Below are positions 63,593 through 64,000 of a stretch of 64,000 nucleotides of DNA, one piece after another. The notes under the pieces are model-generated. The model was given only the letters and a program-made list of their open reading frames with translations, searched no databases and was not told the origin of the DNA. The DNA is taken from positions 930,001-994,000 of the forward strand of contig CP075495.1 of the NCBI GenBank assembly GCA_021613535.1, in the 5' to 3' direction. A program made the translations under genes and the position numbers. Origin of the DNA: Adineta vaga. Taxonomy: Eukaryota > Animalia > Rotifera. Each line of letters begins with the position of its first letter. The first letter of the stretch is position 1.

Positions 63593-64000
63593 ATGTCTAA
63601 CATATCATCTATTAACATTGGAGCTGAACAATTAAATACAGCAGCATCATTATGTGTTTTAATTTTATCCTTAATAAGTATTATACCTGGTGGAATTGGA
63701 TTAATATTCAATATATTAATTTTTACTCGACCAATATTACGAAACGAAGGATGTGTTGTTTATTTCTTTTGTTCAACATGTTTTAGTGTATTTATTGTTC
63801 TTATTATGCAACCTATTCGTGTTATTGCAGCTAGTTTTAATAAAGATCTAGCTAATTATAATCTTGGTATTTGTAAACTACAATGGTTTGCTTTATATAG
63901 TACACGTTCAATTGCATCTTGGTTAATTGTCTTTGCTTGTATGGATCGATTTTTTCATAGTTCAATAAATGTAAAAATTCGTCAATTAAGTTCATTAAAA
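63593..64000 (+). CDS. Rhodopsin-like GPCR, 5' part (runs off the window; absent from the ORF track)
   Basis: MSNISS...GLIFNILIFTRPILRNEGCVVYF...ICKLQWF...WLIVFACMDRF...RQLSSLK; frame open to the window end. Confidence 0.85.
   Translation, partial: MSNISSINIGAEQLNTAASLCVLILSLISIIPGGIGLIFNILIFTRPILRNEGCVVYFFCSTCFSVFIVLIMQPIRVIAASFNKDLANYNLGICKLQWFALYSTRSIASWLIVFACMDRFFHSSINVKIRQLSSLK

Noticed and set aside
1-64000. CRISPR arrays, rRNA, tRNA or telomeric repeats
   Set aside because: No regularly spaced direct repeats or structured RNA signatures were seen.

Overview
This is AT-rich eukaryotic genomic DNA with short (about 45-65 bp) GT-AG introns. The gene content (intronless rhodopsin-like GPCRs, F-box/LRR, TLDc, B-box/propeller, ART-TPR, ART-NHL, and bacterial-type enzymes carrying introns) strongly resembles a bdelloid rotifer; this taxon call is an inference. 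The window holds about 25 genes. Conserved metazoan genes are the PKA-RI 3' end, a PAQR, a CD225/IFITM, a carnitine carrier, an NMU/pyrokinin-type receptor and a receptor PTP. The most notable items are: (1) a 6-intron Zator/TP36(ISAzo13)-like DDE transposase with no room for a TIR, so possibly domesticated; (2) an accessory block at 45.5-55.3 kb with a secreted PAN-Hint(Hog) protein, a signal-peptide-bearing bacterial-type isoaspartyl dipeptidase, two ADP-ribosyltransferase-repeat fusions and an intronless bacterial-type Hyi-family isomerase; (3) a secreted protein with exon-modular ETDxDCGG repeats and a YfaP-like domain; (4) a 75-bp identical tract between diverged EEP paralogs; (5) two MITE-like elements and an inverted dispersed repeat. 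Four 1-bp deletions and one W-to-TGA lesion interrupt otherwise intact genes and may be assembly errors. All family calls come from manual motif reading; no database search was run.
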